Below are positions 23,292 to 37,200 of a stretch of 64,000 nucleotides of DNA, in pieces (the first letter of the stretch is position 1; every line of letters starts with the position of its first letter). Made by a program: the position numbers and the translations under genes. This DNA comes from Eledone cirrhosa (taxonomy: Eukaryota). The notes under the pieces are model-generated. The model made no database searches. It worked only from the letters and a program-made list of their open reading frames with translations, and was not told where the DNA came from. The stretch is taken from contig OZ024740.1 of assembly GCA_964016885.1 (NCBI GenBank), forward strand, positions 248,682,001 to 248,746,000. The letters run 5' to 3'.

Positions 23292-26200
23292 GGGAGAAGA
23301 CGCACGTGGTGGATAGAAGGTCGTGAAATCGCTCCCGTAAGTTTTGAATTTTTAGCATATTTAAATCATTTGTGAAATAACAACTCTTAGTACAAATGCT
23401 ACGTAAAGCACCCGGCTTGAGCCCCAAAAAAATTCGGACCCAAAATATATTGTTATAAGGCTCAAATATTCAAATATTCAACTTTATATTGTACATTGTA
23501 TATTCAAAAAAGAAAATGGCTATAAATGGAAGAAGAAGAACCCCCCCTCCTCTGTCTACACTATATAGAACAGCCAAACAACACCAATCTCACCAACACC
23601 AGAAACTAGATACACCAACTACCCCATCACCTCTCTGTGTACACTAAACACAACAACCAGATAACGGCAACTTCACTACCACCACAACCAATCTCAATGA
23701 TAATAATAAATACTATTATTATTGTCCCAAGTTTTAACAAAATGTTTAATTCCAACATTAAGGGAATTTATGTCAACACATGTACGCGACTAACCCCATA
23801 GATTCACCGAACGGACATCAGTAACGACAACGCCATCACTACAGTCACCGCCGCCGCCGCCCATCCATCATTACTACCACTATCCCGCCACCACTCCTTC
23901 ATTGCTACCACCGCTACAACACCTTCACTACAGTAATACGATCACATCACCACCACCACTGCCTCAGTATCGACATCACCACCACCACTGCCTCAGTATC
24001 GCTACCGCCGCTATTCTCTCCCATTGCTTCCTGCTAGTTGCTGCTAGCACAGCACTGCCACCACATTATAGAATTCCTACTAAAAAAGAGGAAGGCATCA
24101 AAATATATAGATAGACTCAAAAGAAAAAACAAAAATCAAAACCAAAGCAGCACAGCAACAACAACAACAAAAAAAAAACAGAGAAAAACAAAAACAAAAA
24201 AACGTAAAGAAAATAAGAATGAAGAGAGAAACAAGCGGACGGACAGAGAAGAGAAGGGGAAAACTAAGTCAGACATTCGAATACTACATTACAATGAAAC
24301 TTATGCTTATTCATTTTTGGGTTTTTTTCTGCCTGTTTGTTTGTTTGTTTATTTGTGTTCGTCTACAGCGTGGTGATAATGCCACACAAGAGCCAAGTGG
24401 AGCGACGCAACCACCGGAGACGGTGAATCCACAGATGGTTATGTAACCATACATTCGCCAATCCTCGATAAGAGTGTTTAAATATCGAACCTAAACAGTT
24501 CGAATAACGGTGAAATGGAGACTAGAACGTCATGTGACAGACTCTCACCCAACAGGTGCTCCCTGGCTCAGCAGCAGGGACCTGGCTGTCAACCAAATAC
24601 TGCTGGTGTCGGAGGAAGAAGAAGGAAAGGGACCAAAACCAACTGGACGAAAGAATTGAATAGAACTGTTATGCAATGTTACCTGAAAAGTAACCCCAAG
24701 GAGAGGGGCTATAGGAGACGGATGCATAACATCTGGAACGAGATTGGTCTATTTAAATTAGATGAACAAAAATTGGCCGGGCAGGCTCGGGTAATAAGAA
24801 CTAATGGGTGGATAAGCGAGCTGGAACTGGAGGAACTGAGCAGAGATATTAGCTTGGAGATGGAGGGTGGAGTATGCCAGGCAAACGAGCCAGTGGGAAA
24901 TGAAGGTGAAGAGGTCGAGAGAACGGAGGAACCACCCGAAGCAGACAATGATCTGAATACTGAGATAAATAATACCTGGAACAGAGATACGGCCACTGAG
25001 GAGATGAATGCTGACGGGCTAGGACAAGATTCGGTTGACATCCTAAATTTAGTGGTAGATGAATTGAACAATGATAGTGGAAGACCTATGAACCTAAGAT
25101 TTGTAGACAGGAAAAAGTTAAAAGAAACAACAGCTAAGGTAAACAAAGTCATCCCATACCTTGAGGCGAGGAGCCTTCACCAGTGCAACAATATCCTCAA
25201 AGCAACGGCAAATACGGTGAGGAAACTACTTGGTATAAAAGCGAGAGGAAACAACAGACAGGAAAGAGCAGAGCCTTGGTGGAAGACACGACTGAGTGGG
25301 CAAATCAGGGAAATGAGAAATGACATTGGAAAGCTTGAGTCACTACTGAATGGGACACTAAAAAACATAGACACTAAAATTAGACTGGAAATAAAATACA
25401 AAACTAGGAGGAAAAAGCTAAATATTATCATAGAGGAACTGAAGCAACGCATTGTAGCAAAGAGTGCAAAAATCAGGCGATACGAGAACAGAGTCAGTCA
25501 GTATAAACAGAACCGCATGTTCGACAACAACCAGAAGATGCTGTTTGGACAGCTTGAGGGGAAAGAAAGAGGCAACGACTTAAAACCTGAGGCGGAACAA
25601 ACTAAAACATTCTGGAGAGGAATATGGGAGCAGGATGTTAGACATAATGACCAGGCAGTGTGGATTGAGACAGTACAGAGGGAGATCGGTGAGCAGGCAC
25701 ACCAACAAACTGATTTGAGTATCACAGTTGAAACTCTTAAGGGGCAGGCCAAAAAACTAACCAACTGGAAATCACCAGGCCCAGATGGTGTGCAGGGGTA
25801 TTGGATTAAAAATATAACATCCCTCCACCCGAAACTGACAACCATGTTCAATGACTGCTTGATGTCAGGTGAGGTACCAGAGTGGTTGACAAAAGGTACC
25901 ACAGTTCTGATAATGAAAGACCGAATCAAGGGTAATGATGTTACCAACTATAGACCTATCACATGTCTGTCCGTAATGTGGAAACTGTTGACGAGCATTG
26001 TGTCTGAGGAAATCTACCATCACCTCCACACAAACAACTTGTTACCGGACGAACAGAAAGGATGCCGAAAGAAGTCACGTGGTACAAAGGACCAGTTACT
26101 TATTGATAAGATGGTAATGGGGAATTGCAGGAGGAGACACACTGATCTTGCCATGGGATGGATAGACTACAGAAAGGCATTTGACATGGTGCCTCATTCT

Positions 26201-27974
26201 TGGATCACCAAAAGCCTGGAGATCTTCAAGGTGGCAGATAACATCAGACAGTTGTTGGGCAAGAGTATGAGGTCCTGGGAAACAGAGTTGACATCAACTG
26301 GAGAATCCTTGGGAAGCGTGAAGATCAAGAGAGGTATCTTCCAGGGAGATAGCCTGTCCCCTCTGTTGTTTGTCCTAGCCCTGATGCCCCTGACCAGTGT
26401 ACTGCGAAAAGTGAGAGCAGGATACAGGTTGGGAAAGGGAGGGCTTACCATCAATCACCTCCTCTTCATGGACGATCTTAAGCTCTTCGGGAAGAGTGAG
26501 AAGGAGTGTGCTTGTTGACACTGTCCGTATTTTCAGCAGTGATATATGTATGCAGTTTGGTATTAGTAAGTGTGGAGCCATTGTGATGAGGAGGGGTAGG
26601 TTGAGCAGAAGTAACGGAATCCAGATACCAACAGGTGAGATGATAAAGGAAATTGACTCTGAGGAAGGATACAAGTATTTGGGCGTTCTGGAGGTTGATG
26701 GCATAAAGAACAAAAAAATGAAGGAATTGTTAAGAACTGAATACATTCGGAGAGTAAGGAGCGTATTAAAGTCACATCTGAACAGCAGAAATGCCATAAG
26801 CGCAGTAAATTCCCGAGCTGTGTCTATTTTTAGGTACAGTGCGGCAATTCTGAGATGGAATGTTGCTGAACAAAAAGAAATGAATAGGAAGACTAGGAAG
26901 CTATTGACTATCTACAACATGTTCCACAAGAGGAGTGATGTCGATAGACTCTACCTAAGGAGATCTGAGGGTGGAAGAGGTCTTATAAGCATAGAGGACT
27001 GTGTTCAGATGGGGAAAAACAACCTACACAAATACGTGACTGATAGTAAGGAGCCAATGCTCAGAACTGTACTGAAGGAGGGGACAATAGGCCAGGGGAT
27101 GTCCAAGGAGGAAATAACATCAAGGAGAAAGAGCAGCCTTCAGGAAAAATCCCTTCATAGTACCTTCTTTGAGAAAACTGAATTTAGAGATCCACAGACA
27201 TGGAACTGGTTGAGAAGAGGAGACCTTAAAAAGGCTACAGAAGGAATGTTAATGGCTGTGCAGGAGCAGGCCCTCAAAACGAAGTGGTTGAAACACCATA
27301 TTTACAAGGAGGAGGCTAGCCCACTGTGCAGGATCTGTGGAGAGAGAGAGAAGAGACTGTGGCTCACATTGTATCCGAGTGTAAACACCTAGCCCAGACT
27401 CACTATAAGGGCTGGAGACATGATGTGATGGGCAGGGTGATCCACTGGCACCTGTGCAAAGTAAACAATTTACCACATTCTGAGAAATGGTATGAGCATA
27501 AGCCAGAGGCGGTGATAGAGAACGATCAGGTGAAGGTGCTGTGGGATGTTAGGATACAGACGGCCAAGAAACTGGAACACAATAGACCTGACCTGGTGGT
27601 TGTGGACAAAGAAAAAAGATCGTGTCTGATTGTGGATGCGGCCTGCCCATTCGACACGAGAGTGCAAGAGAAGGAGAGGGAGAAAATTAACCGATACCAG
27701 GACTTAAAGTGGGAGGATAAAAGGATTTGGAACTGCCATGAAGTCAAAGTGATCCCGATTGTCATAGGCGCACTAGGTACTATCTCCAAAAGTTTCCAGG
27801 GATGGTTAAAGAAAATCGGCCCCTTCACGCTTTTTGGAACGCTTCAAAAGGCATGCTTGATGGAAACAGCAAGAACCCTCCGATACGTCCTGAATATCTG
27901 AGGGTGCAGGTAGTGGCTTGATATTCATTCCAACGGACTTTCCAGTTAACTAACATCAATGACTGAGATTCAAG

Positions 27975-27975
<1 letters not shown>
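23292..27975 (+). mobile_element. R4/Dong family A copy 2, full length with ~1.2-kb leader; ORF 24515-27901 frameshifted twice
   Basis: Leader starts GGGAGAAGACGCAC immediately after (AAT)n; frameshifts near 26505 and 27350. Confidence 0.92.
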
Positions 27976-28049
<74 letters not shown>

Positions 28050-28050
<1 letters not shown>

Positions 28051-30318
28051 GACATACAATCCCAAAAATTACAGACCGATAAGACAAACAATCCCAAAAA
28101 TTACAGACCGATATCTTGCTTGACCACAATGTATAAAATTTTAACATCAGTACTAACTGAATACACATATGACCACCTGATAACAAATGACCTATTTCCC
28201 ATTGAGCAGAAAGGGTGTAAACGAGGCTCATATGGCTGTAAGGATCAGCTTTTGGTTAACAAAATGATACTGGAAGATTGTCATAATAGACACAAAAATA
28301 TATCAATTGCTTGGATTGATTATAAAAAAAGCATTCGATAGTTTGCCACACAGTTGGATTGAAAAATGTTTAGAGATTTTCAAAATATCCCCCGTTGTCA
28401 GGAGGTTTTTGTCATTCAGTATGAAGACATGGAAAACGACACTCCTTTTGATTAGTGAAACAAAATCACTGGAAGCTGGAGAAGTTAATATTAATTGCGG
28501 AATTTTTCAGGGTGACTCTTTATCACCGCTTTTATTCTGCATCGCACTTATACCATTAAGTAAAATGCTCAATGAAACAAAACATGGATATAAAGTCTAT
28601 GACAAAACTATTAATCACTTGTTCTACATGGATGAGCTGAAACTATTTGCAAAAAATTATGAACAATTGCAAGGGCTATTATCCACTGTGGAGCAGTTCA
28701 GTGATGACATTAAAATGGAGTTTGGACTAGATAAATGCGCCAAAGCAACGTTCACCAGAGGAAAGCTGCTGAAAAGTTCAGACATTAATCTTGATCGGGG
28801 GAATGTGATAAGAGAACTTGATCAAGAGGAAACTTACAAATATCTAGGTGTTTGTGAAGGAGACGGAATCAAGCACTCGACAATGAGGGAAAGGATAAGG
28901 AAGGAATATTACCGCAGAGTAAGAGCAATCTTAAGAACGGAATTGAATGCAAGGAATAGGATCGATGCCATAAACACGCTTGCCATACCAGTAGTAACCT
29001 ACAGTTACAATGTCATCAACTGGTCAAGCACAGAGATCCGTAGGCTCGATACAAAAATTCGAAAATTCTTAACCATGCACAGAATGCATCACCCTAAGGC
29101 AGATATAGATAGAATATATCTCCCTAGGAAAGAAGGAGGACGTGGGTTAATCCAGTTAGACATTGCGTTGAAAACTGCAACAATTGGATTATCTACATAT
29201 CTAAGGGAATCACATGATTGGATGATCAAACTCGTTTTGAAACACGAAAGCATCAAAAGATCATATTCCATTACAAAAGATGCACAAAGATACAGTAATG
29301 GACTACAAATTTCAGAAGTCCCATTTACTGCTGAAATGGAAAACACAGAAAAAGCAAAGCAGGTAAAAGTAACTGCAAAGAAAGAACTGCTACAGAAACT
29401 GGCTAAGAAATGGCAAGAAAAGCCTCTGTATGGAAAATACCCAGAGCGAGCTAACAATCCTGATGTTGACAAAACTTTAACCCATCAGTGGTTGGCATCC
29501 TCTGGACTGAAATCGGAGACTGAAGGACTGATTATATCAGCACAAGATCAGTGTCTGCCAACAAAAAATTACCAAGCCAACATAATAAAAAATGGATGCA
29601 GCCCATTATGCCGTGTATGCAAAAAACAACCAGACACCATTGACCATATAATTTCAATGTGCAGTCCTATAGCTCCAACCGAATACCTAAACAGGCATGA
29701 CAGAGCTGCACAATACATACATTGGATAATGTGTAAGCATTTTGACCTGCCCCATCAAAAGAATTGGTGGGAGCATCAACCACCTCCCATACTTGAAAAA
29801 GATCACATCTCAATCTTGTGGAACTTTAGCATCCAAACAGACCGAAAAATAGATGCAAATAGACCTGATATAATATTGAAGGACTTTAAAAAGAGGGTAT
29901 GCCTGCTAATTGATATGTCTGTTCCAATAGACAAGAATGTATCTATAAAAACATTTGAAAAATTGAGCAAGTATAAGGACCTGGAGATAGAAATTGGAAA
30001 AATGTGGAAATTGAGAACTAAAACAATACCAGTGGTTGTAGGCGCTCTGGGAATGATACCTAAGGGGTCTAATGATTACTTATCGCAAATCCCAGGAAAC
30101 CCGTGTATAGGAGAAATACAAAAGATAGTACTAATGGGAACTGCCCATATACTAAGGAAGATTCTGTCAATATAATTACATCACAAGTCTAAACACTAAA
30201 GATGCATTTGTGAGTATGTATGTTCTTTCTTGAACATGGCGGACCTTGTTGTCTCTTGAGGTCACTGGTTGTGACTTGGTGATAACTCGTATGAACATAA
30301 AGCAAGATAAATGCAACT

Positions 30319-30320
<2 letters not shown>
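28050..30320 (+). mobile_element. R4/Dong family B copy 1, 5'-truncated
   Basis: Starts at NPKNYRP; YMDE instead of YMDD; CRVCKKQPDTIDHIISMC, RHD, RPDI; stop at 30175; (AAT)n tail. Confidence 0.92.
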
Positions 30321-30366
<46 letters not shown>

Positions 30367-30368
30367 TA

Positions 30369-32967
30369 GGGAAGAAGACGCACATGGTGGATAGAAGGTC
30401 GTGAAATCGCTCCCGTAAGTTTTGATTTTTTAACATATTTAAATCAATTGTGAAATAACAATTTTTAGTACAAATGATGCATAAAGCATCCGGCTTGAGT
30501 CCCAAAAAAATTCGGATACATAATATATTGTTATATCGCTCAAATATTCAATTTTGTATTATACATTTTATATTCAAAAAAGAAAATGGTTATAAATGGA
30601 AGAAAACCTCCTCTGTCTACACTATATAGAACAGCCAAATAACAGCAATTTCACCAACACCAAAAACTAGATACACCACCTACCCCATCACCCCTCTGTG
30701 TACACTAAACACAACAGCCAGATAACGGCAATTTCACCACCACCACCACCAATCTCAGCATAATAATAATAATTACTATTATTATTGTCTCAAGTTTTAA
30801 CAAAATGTTTAATAACAAAATGTTTAAATCCAATATCAAGGAAATATGTCAACACATATACGCGTCTAACCCCATAGATTCTCCGATCAAACAAAAATAC
30901 AGTCTATTTAACAAAACTCAGTAACGACAACGCCATCACTACAGTCACCGCCGCCGCCGCCCATCCATCATTACTACCACTATCCCATCACCGCCGCCAC
31001 CACTCCTTCATTGCTACCACCGCTATCCCCCCATTACCTTCTGTTAACTTACGAAAGGGGAAGATGGCGGTATCACTAGACAATATTAATAAACAAGATT
31101 AATATTTAATTTTGGATCAGGAATGTTAGAGTCGAAAAGGAGGAAAATGACAAAATGACTAAATAACTAAAGATAATTTCACCACCAACACCACCACCAC
31201 TACCACGATGAAAACTATGGTCAAGTCGACTCAACCGCTATTTCTACTCCAACTTCAACACCATCACTACACTAATGCGAACACATCACCACCACCACTG
31301 CCTCATTATCACTACCGCCGCTATTCTCTCCCACTACCTCCTGCTAGTTGCTGCTAGCACAACACCGCCACCACCACCACCACCACTGCCTCAATATCAC
31401 TACCGCCGCTATTCTCTCACCGCTGCCCCCTGCTACATTGTAGAATCCACACTAAAAGAGGAAGGCATCAAAATATATAAATAGACTGAATTGATGACCC
31501 GGTCAAAATCAAAAAAACAAAAATCAAAATCAAAGCAGCACAGCAACAACGAAAAACGTAAAGAAAATAAGAATGAAGAGAAAAACAAACAGACGGACAG
31601 AGAAGGGAAGGGAAAAACTAAGTCAGACGTTCAAACACTACATTACAATGAAACTTATGCTTATTCATTTTTGGGGGTTTTTTTTGCCTGTTTGTTTGTT
31701 TGTTTATTTATGTTCGTCTACAGCGTGATAATGCCACACAAAAATCACGTGGAGTGACGAAACCACCGGAGTTGATAAATTCACCGGTGGTTATGTAACC
31801 ATACATTCGCCAATCCTCGATAAGAGTGTTTAAATGTTGAACCTAAACAGTTCGAATAACGGTGAAATGGAGACTAGAATGTCATGTGACAGACTCTAAC
31901 CCAACAGGTGCTCCCTGGCTCAGCAGCAGGGACCTGGCTGTCAACCAAATACTGCTGGTGTCGGAGGAAGAGGCCTTATCAGCATAGAGGACTTTGTTCA
32001 GATGGAGAAAAACAACCTGCACAAATACGTGACTGATAGTAAGGAGCCAATGCTCAGAACTGTACTGAAGGAGGGGACAATAGGCCAGGGGATATCCAAG
32101 GAGGAAATAACATCAAGGAGAAAGAGCAGCCTTCAGGAAAAATCCCTTCATAGTACCTTCTTTGAGAAAACTGAATTTAGAGATCCACAGACATGGAACT
32201 GGTTGAAAAGAGGAGACCTTAAAAAGGCTACAGAAGGAATGTTAATGGCTGCGCAGGAGCAGGCCCTCAAAACGAAGTGGTTGAAACACCATATTTACAA
32301 GGAGGAGGCTAGCCCACTGTGCAGGATCTGTGGAGAGAGAGAGAAGAGACTGTGGCTCACATTGTATCCGAGTGTAAACACCTAGCCCAGACTCACTATA
32401 AGGGCTGGAGACATGATGTGATGGGCAGGGTGATCCACTGGCACCTATGCAAAGTAAACAATTTACCACATTCTGAGAAGTGGTATGAGCATAAGCCAGA
32501 GGCGGTGATAGAAAACGATCAGGTGAAGGTGCTGTGGGATTTTAGGATACAGACGGACAAGAAACTGGAACACAATAGACCTGACCTGGTGGTTGTGGAC
32601 AAAGAAAAAAGATCGTGCCTGATTGTGGATGTAGCCTGCCCATTCGACACGAGAGTGCAAGAGAAGGAGAGGGAGAAGATTAACCGATACCAGGACTTAA
32701 AGTGGGAGGTAAAAAGGATTTGGAACTGCCATGAAGTCAAAGTGGTCCCGATTGTCATAGGCGCACTAGGTACTATCTCCAAAAGTTTCCAGGGATGGTT
32801 AAGGAAAATTGGCCCCTTCACGCTTTTTGGAACGCTTCAAAAGGCATGCTTGCTGGGAACAGCAAGAACCCTCCGATACGTCCTGAATATCTGAGGCTGC
32901 ATGTAGTGGCTTGATATTCATTTCAACAAACTTTCCAGTTAACTAACATCAATGACTGAAACTCAAA

Positions 32968-32968
<1 letters not shown>
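30369..32968 (+). mobile_element. R4/Dong family A copy 3, internally deleted (no RT), both ends intact
   Basis: Leader and ORF start (ATG 31867) joined at GGAAGA (~31966) to the post-RT region; RLE and 3' UTR retained. Confidence 0.9.
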
Positions 32969-33043
<75 letters not shown>

Positions 33044-33780
33044 GTTTTTTGATTTTTAACATATTTAAATCAATTGTGAAAGAACAATTCTTAGCACAAA
33101 TGTTGCATAAAGGCACCGAATGAGGTCCCATAAAGTTTCGGATCCATATTATATTGTTGTATCCATATTATATTGTTGTATCGCTCAAATATTCAATTTT
33201 GTATGATATATTTTGTATTCAAAAAAAGAAAATGGTTATAAATGGAACAAAACACCCTCTGTCTACACTATATAGAACAGCGGCAATTTCAATTTCACCA
33301 ACACCAGAAACTTGATACACTACCTATCCCATCACACTAAATATAACGGCAACTTCACCGGCATCATAATAATAATTACTATTATTATTGTCTCAAATTT
33401 AAAAAAATGTTTAATTCAAATTTTACGGGAATATGTCAACACAAAATATAATGAAAATATATATTAAACATACGAACACAAACTCATAGATACTATATCA
33501 GTAACCACAACACCACCGCTGCCACCATTCCACCACATCCATCATCGCCGCCACCACTCATTCAATGCTACTGACACTATTCCCCTGTTAACTTGAGAGA
33601 GAAAAGGGAAGGTGGTGGTAGCACTAGACAAGAGAGAGGCTAGCAAAAGATATAAATAGATTGACTTGGTGACCTTGCCACGGACAAACGTCTACATCAA
33701 CAATTATGGGACTGCTGGCTCACCCCTTCCTCACCAACAATATAAAAAGCCCCGGCACCACCACCGACATAGCCAGCACG

Positions 33781-34005
33781 GTAGAGGGTCGGACGCCATG
33801 CTTTCCAGCATAGTTACGTCCCTTTACGATCTGAGTTCAAATCCCGCCGAGGTTGACTTTGCCTTTCATCCTTACGGGGTAGATAAAATAAAGTACCAGT
33901 AATGCACTGGGTAATTGCTGGCCTTGTGCCTAAAGTAGAAACAATTATATTATTGTAATGCACTGGGTGATTGCTGGCCTTGTCCCTGGAGTGGAGACAA
34001 TTATT
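33781..34005 (+). mobile_element. 5'-truncated tRNA-derived SINE in the B2 leader, with a duplicated 3' segment
   Basis: Nearly identical to 11881-12043; GTAATGCACTGGGT..GCTGGCCTTGT occurs twice; absent from the B3 leader. Confidence 0.85.
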
Positions 34006-34252
34006 AATAATTTCATTCTTAAGCCACGCAATGCTCACATTAAGGAACCACTCATGATAATAACAATTTAAAAAAAAACAACAAAAATAAAACCCCGTGA
34101 CCAAGAAATACCGGGATGGCGGCCGGCGGGGAATAGCCATGTCTCTAGGGGAGAACGACCCCTCTAGTCTTGGTTGACACTCGTTCTAGAAGTGGTAACA
34201 CGAAAAGATTACCCCTTGGCGGATAAGGATAAAACGCGACAAAATAAAGTAG

Positions 34253-37200
34253 ATGTCTAATGATGAAATCTCATACCGGATCGGCCGTCACCCGGGTAAA
34301 AAAGGGCCGCGTCCCTCAGAGAGGAACCAGACTGGGGTCGAAAAATCAGCTAATGGTTCAAACCTTCCCATCACTTCGGAGCTGGAGACCTCCCATAACC
34401 GGAATACTCCTACTGTTGGCCCTCCATGCTCACCACCAAGAAATCCAAAGAAAAAGAGAGAAAAATGGTCAAGGGAAGATAATAAAGAAGTCCTTGAGGC
34501 TTTCTATACTGCCATGTACTACCCATCAAATACATCGAATACAGAGCAAACATATATCAACTGGAAAAAGAAACATCCCGAAAACAGAGGCTATATTGAC
34601 AGTAACAAACTAGCCAATATACGAAGAAATATTGTAAGAAAAAAGTTACTAACTGATATAGAAATTGATCAGATCAAGCTAGTAGCACAAAGTCAGCGAA
34701 GGGAAAATGAAGCACGTGTCAGTGAAAACGAGGTAAACTGTAACACTTCGAATCCCAGAGTTGGGGCGGAATCACTGGCAACAGAACAAATTAAAGAAAG
34801 GAGCGAAAAAATGGAGGGAGTGCATGCTCAGGATGAAACTCCAAATGAAAATAATGAGATCGTAAATGATAAAGAAATGAATGAGAATGAACTTGCCAAC
34901 TTGAAGGATGAAATTATGATCGAATGGATGAAAATGAAAGAAACTGACATGGGGGAACGAGACACCCTCCCTAAGATCCAGAACTCCAAACAGAACCAAA
35001 AGATAATACACAAGACTAACATAATTCTCAAAAACATTATCATCACAAACAAAATAAACATTACTGACTTAAATCATCTCTATTATGCATCGGCTAAAGT
35101 CACCACTCACTTATGTGGAGTGAAGATGAAAAAACAAAGGAATTCCCACAAGAAATCTACTTGGCAAGATAACATCAATCGCCAAATAAACCTTCTCCGA
35201 TCTGACATAGAAATTTTAACAAACTATAAAGTAGGTGAACATGTTAAACAAACTAAACTTAGAAAATTGAAAAAAAAGTACAGTATAAGATCAACATGTG
35301 ACATAGACATGCTGATAGAAACAATCAAGCAAAAAGTGTCGGCCAAAGCTGCTCGTATAAGGCGCTTTGAAAAACGATCTAGATTCTATAAGGACAATAA
35401 TATGTTCAAAAACAACCAAAGAAACTTCTACAGAAAAATTGGTAAGTCAACAATAACTGCTAAATCAATACCACCCAAGGAGGAAGTGCAAGAATTCTGG
35501 GAAAAGATCTGGGCCGAAGAAAAAGTTCATAACATACATGCCCCATGGATAGACAGACAAATGAAAGAAACAGCTCACCTTGAAGAACAAACATGGGAAA
35601 ATATAACAGTTGAACAGCTGCGCTTGGCTCTAAGAAAAACCAGCAAATGGAAATCCCCAGGAAAAGACAAAATACAAAACTTTTGGATAAATGCCTTCAC
35701 AGAGTCTCATGAGCTGTTGGCCCAACTTTACAATGAAATAGTTAAGGAGCCAGAAAAGATACCATCATGGCTAGTTAACGGCATTACATTCCTGCTACCG
35801 AAGAATGATGAGACAAACAATCCCAAAAATTACAGACCGATAACCTGCTTGACCACAATGTATAAAATTTTAACATCAGTCCTAACTGAATACACATATG
35901 ACCACCTGATAACAAATGACCTATTTCCCATTGAGCAGAAAGGGTGTAAACGAGGCTCATATGGCTGTAAGGATCAGCTTCTGGTTAACAAAATGATACT
36001 GGAAGATTGTCATAATAAACACAAAAATCTATCGATTGCTTGGATAGATTATAAAAAAGCATTTGATAGTTTGCCACACAGTTGGATTGAAAAATGTTTA
36101 GAGATTTTCAAAATATCCCCCGTTGTCAGGAGGTTTTTGTCATTCAGTATGAGGACATGGAGAACGACACTCCTTTTGAATAGTGAAACAAAATCACTGG
36201 AAGCTGGAGAAGTTAATATTAATTGTGGAATTTTTCAGGGTGACTCTTTATCACCGCTTTTATTCTGCATCGCACTTATACCATTAAGTAAAATGCTCAA
36301 TGAAACAAAACATGGATATAGAGTCTATGACAAAACCATTAATCACCTGTTCTACATGGATGACCTGAAACTATTCGCAAAAAATGATGAACAATTGCAA
36401 GGGCTATTATCCACTGTGAAGCAGTTCAGTGATGACATTAAAATGGAGTTTGGACTGGATAAATGCGCCAAAGCAACGTTCACCAGAGGAAAGCTGCTGA
36501 AGAGTTCAGACATTAATCTTGATCGGGGGAACGTGATAAGAGAGCTTGATCAAGAACAAACTTACAAATATCTAGGTGTTTGTGAAGGAGACGGAATCAA
36601 GCACTCGACAATGAGGGAAAGGATAAGGAAGGAATGTTACCGCAGAGTCAGAGCAATCTTAAGAACGGAATTGAATGCAAGGAATAGGATCGATGCCATA
36701 AACACGCTTGCCATACCAGTAGTAACCTACAGTTACAATGTCATCAACTGGTCAAGCACAGAGATCCGTAGGCTCGATACAAAAATCCGAAAATTCTTAA
36801 CCATGCACAGAATGCATCACCCTAAGGCAGACATAGATAGAATATATCTCCCTAGGAAAGAAGGAGGACGTGGGTTAATCCAGTTAGACATTGCGTTGAA
36901 AACTGCAACAATTGGATTATCCACATATCTAAGGGAATCACATGATTGGATGATCAAACTCGTTTTGAAACACGAAAGCACCAAAAGATCATATTCCATT
37001 ACAAAAGATGCACAAAGATACAGTAATGGACTACAAATTTCAGAAGTCCCATTTACTGCTGAAATGGAAAACACAGAAAAAGCAAAGCAGGTAAAAGTAA
37101 CTGCAAAGAAAGAACTGCTACAGAAACTGGCTAAGAAATGGCAAGAAAAGCCTCTGTATGGAAAATACCCAGAGCGAGCTAACAATCCTGATGTTGACAA

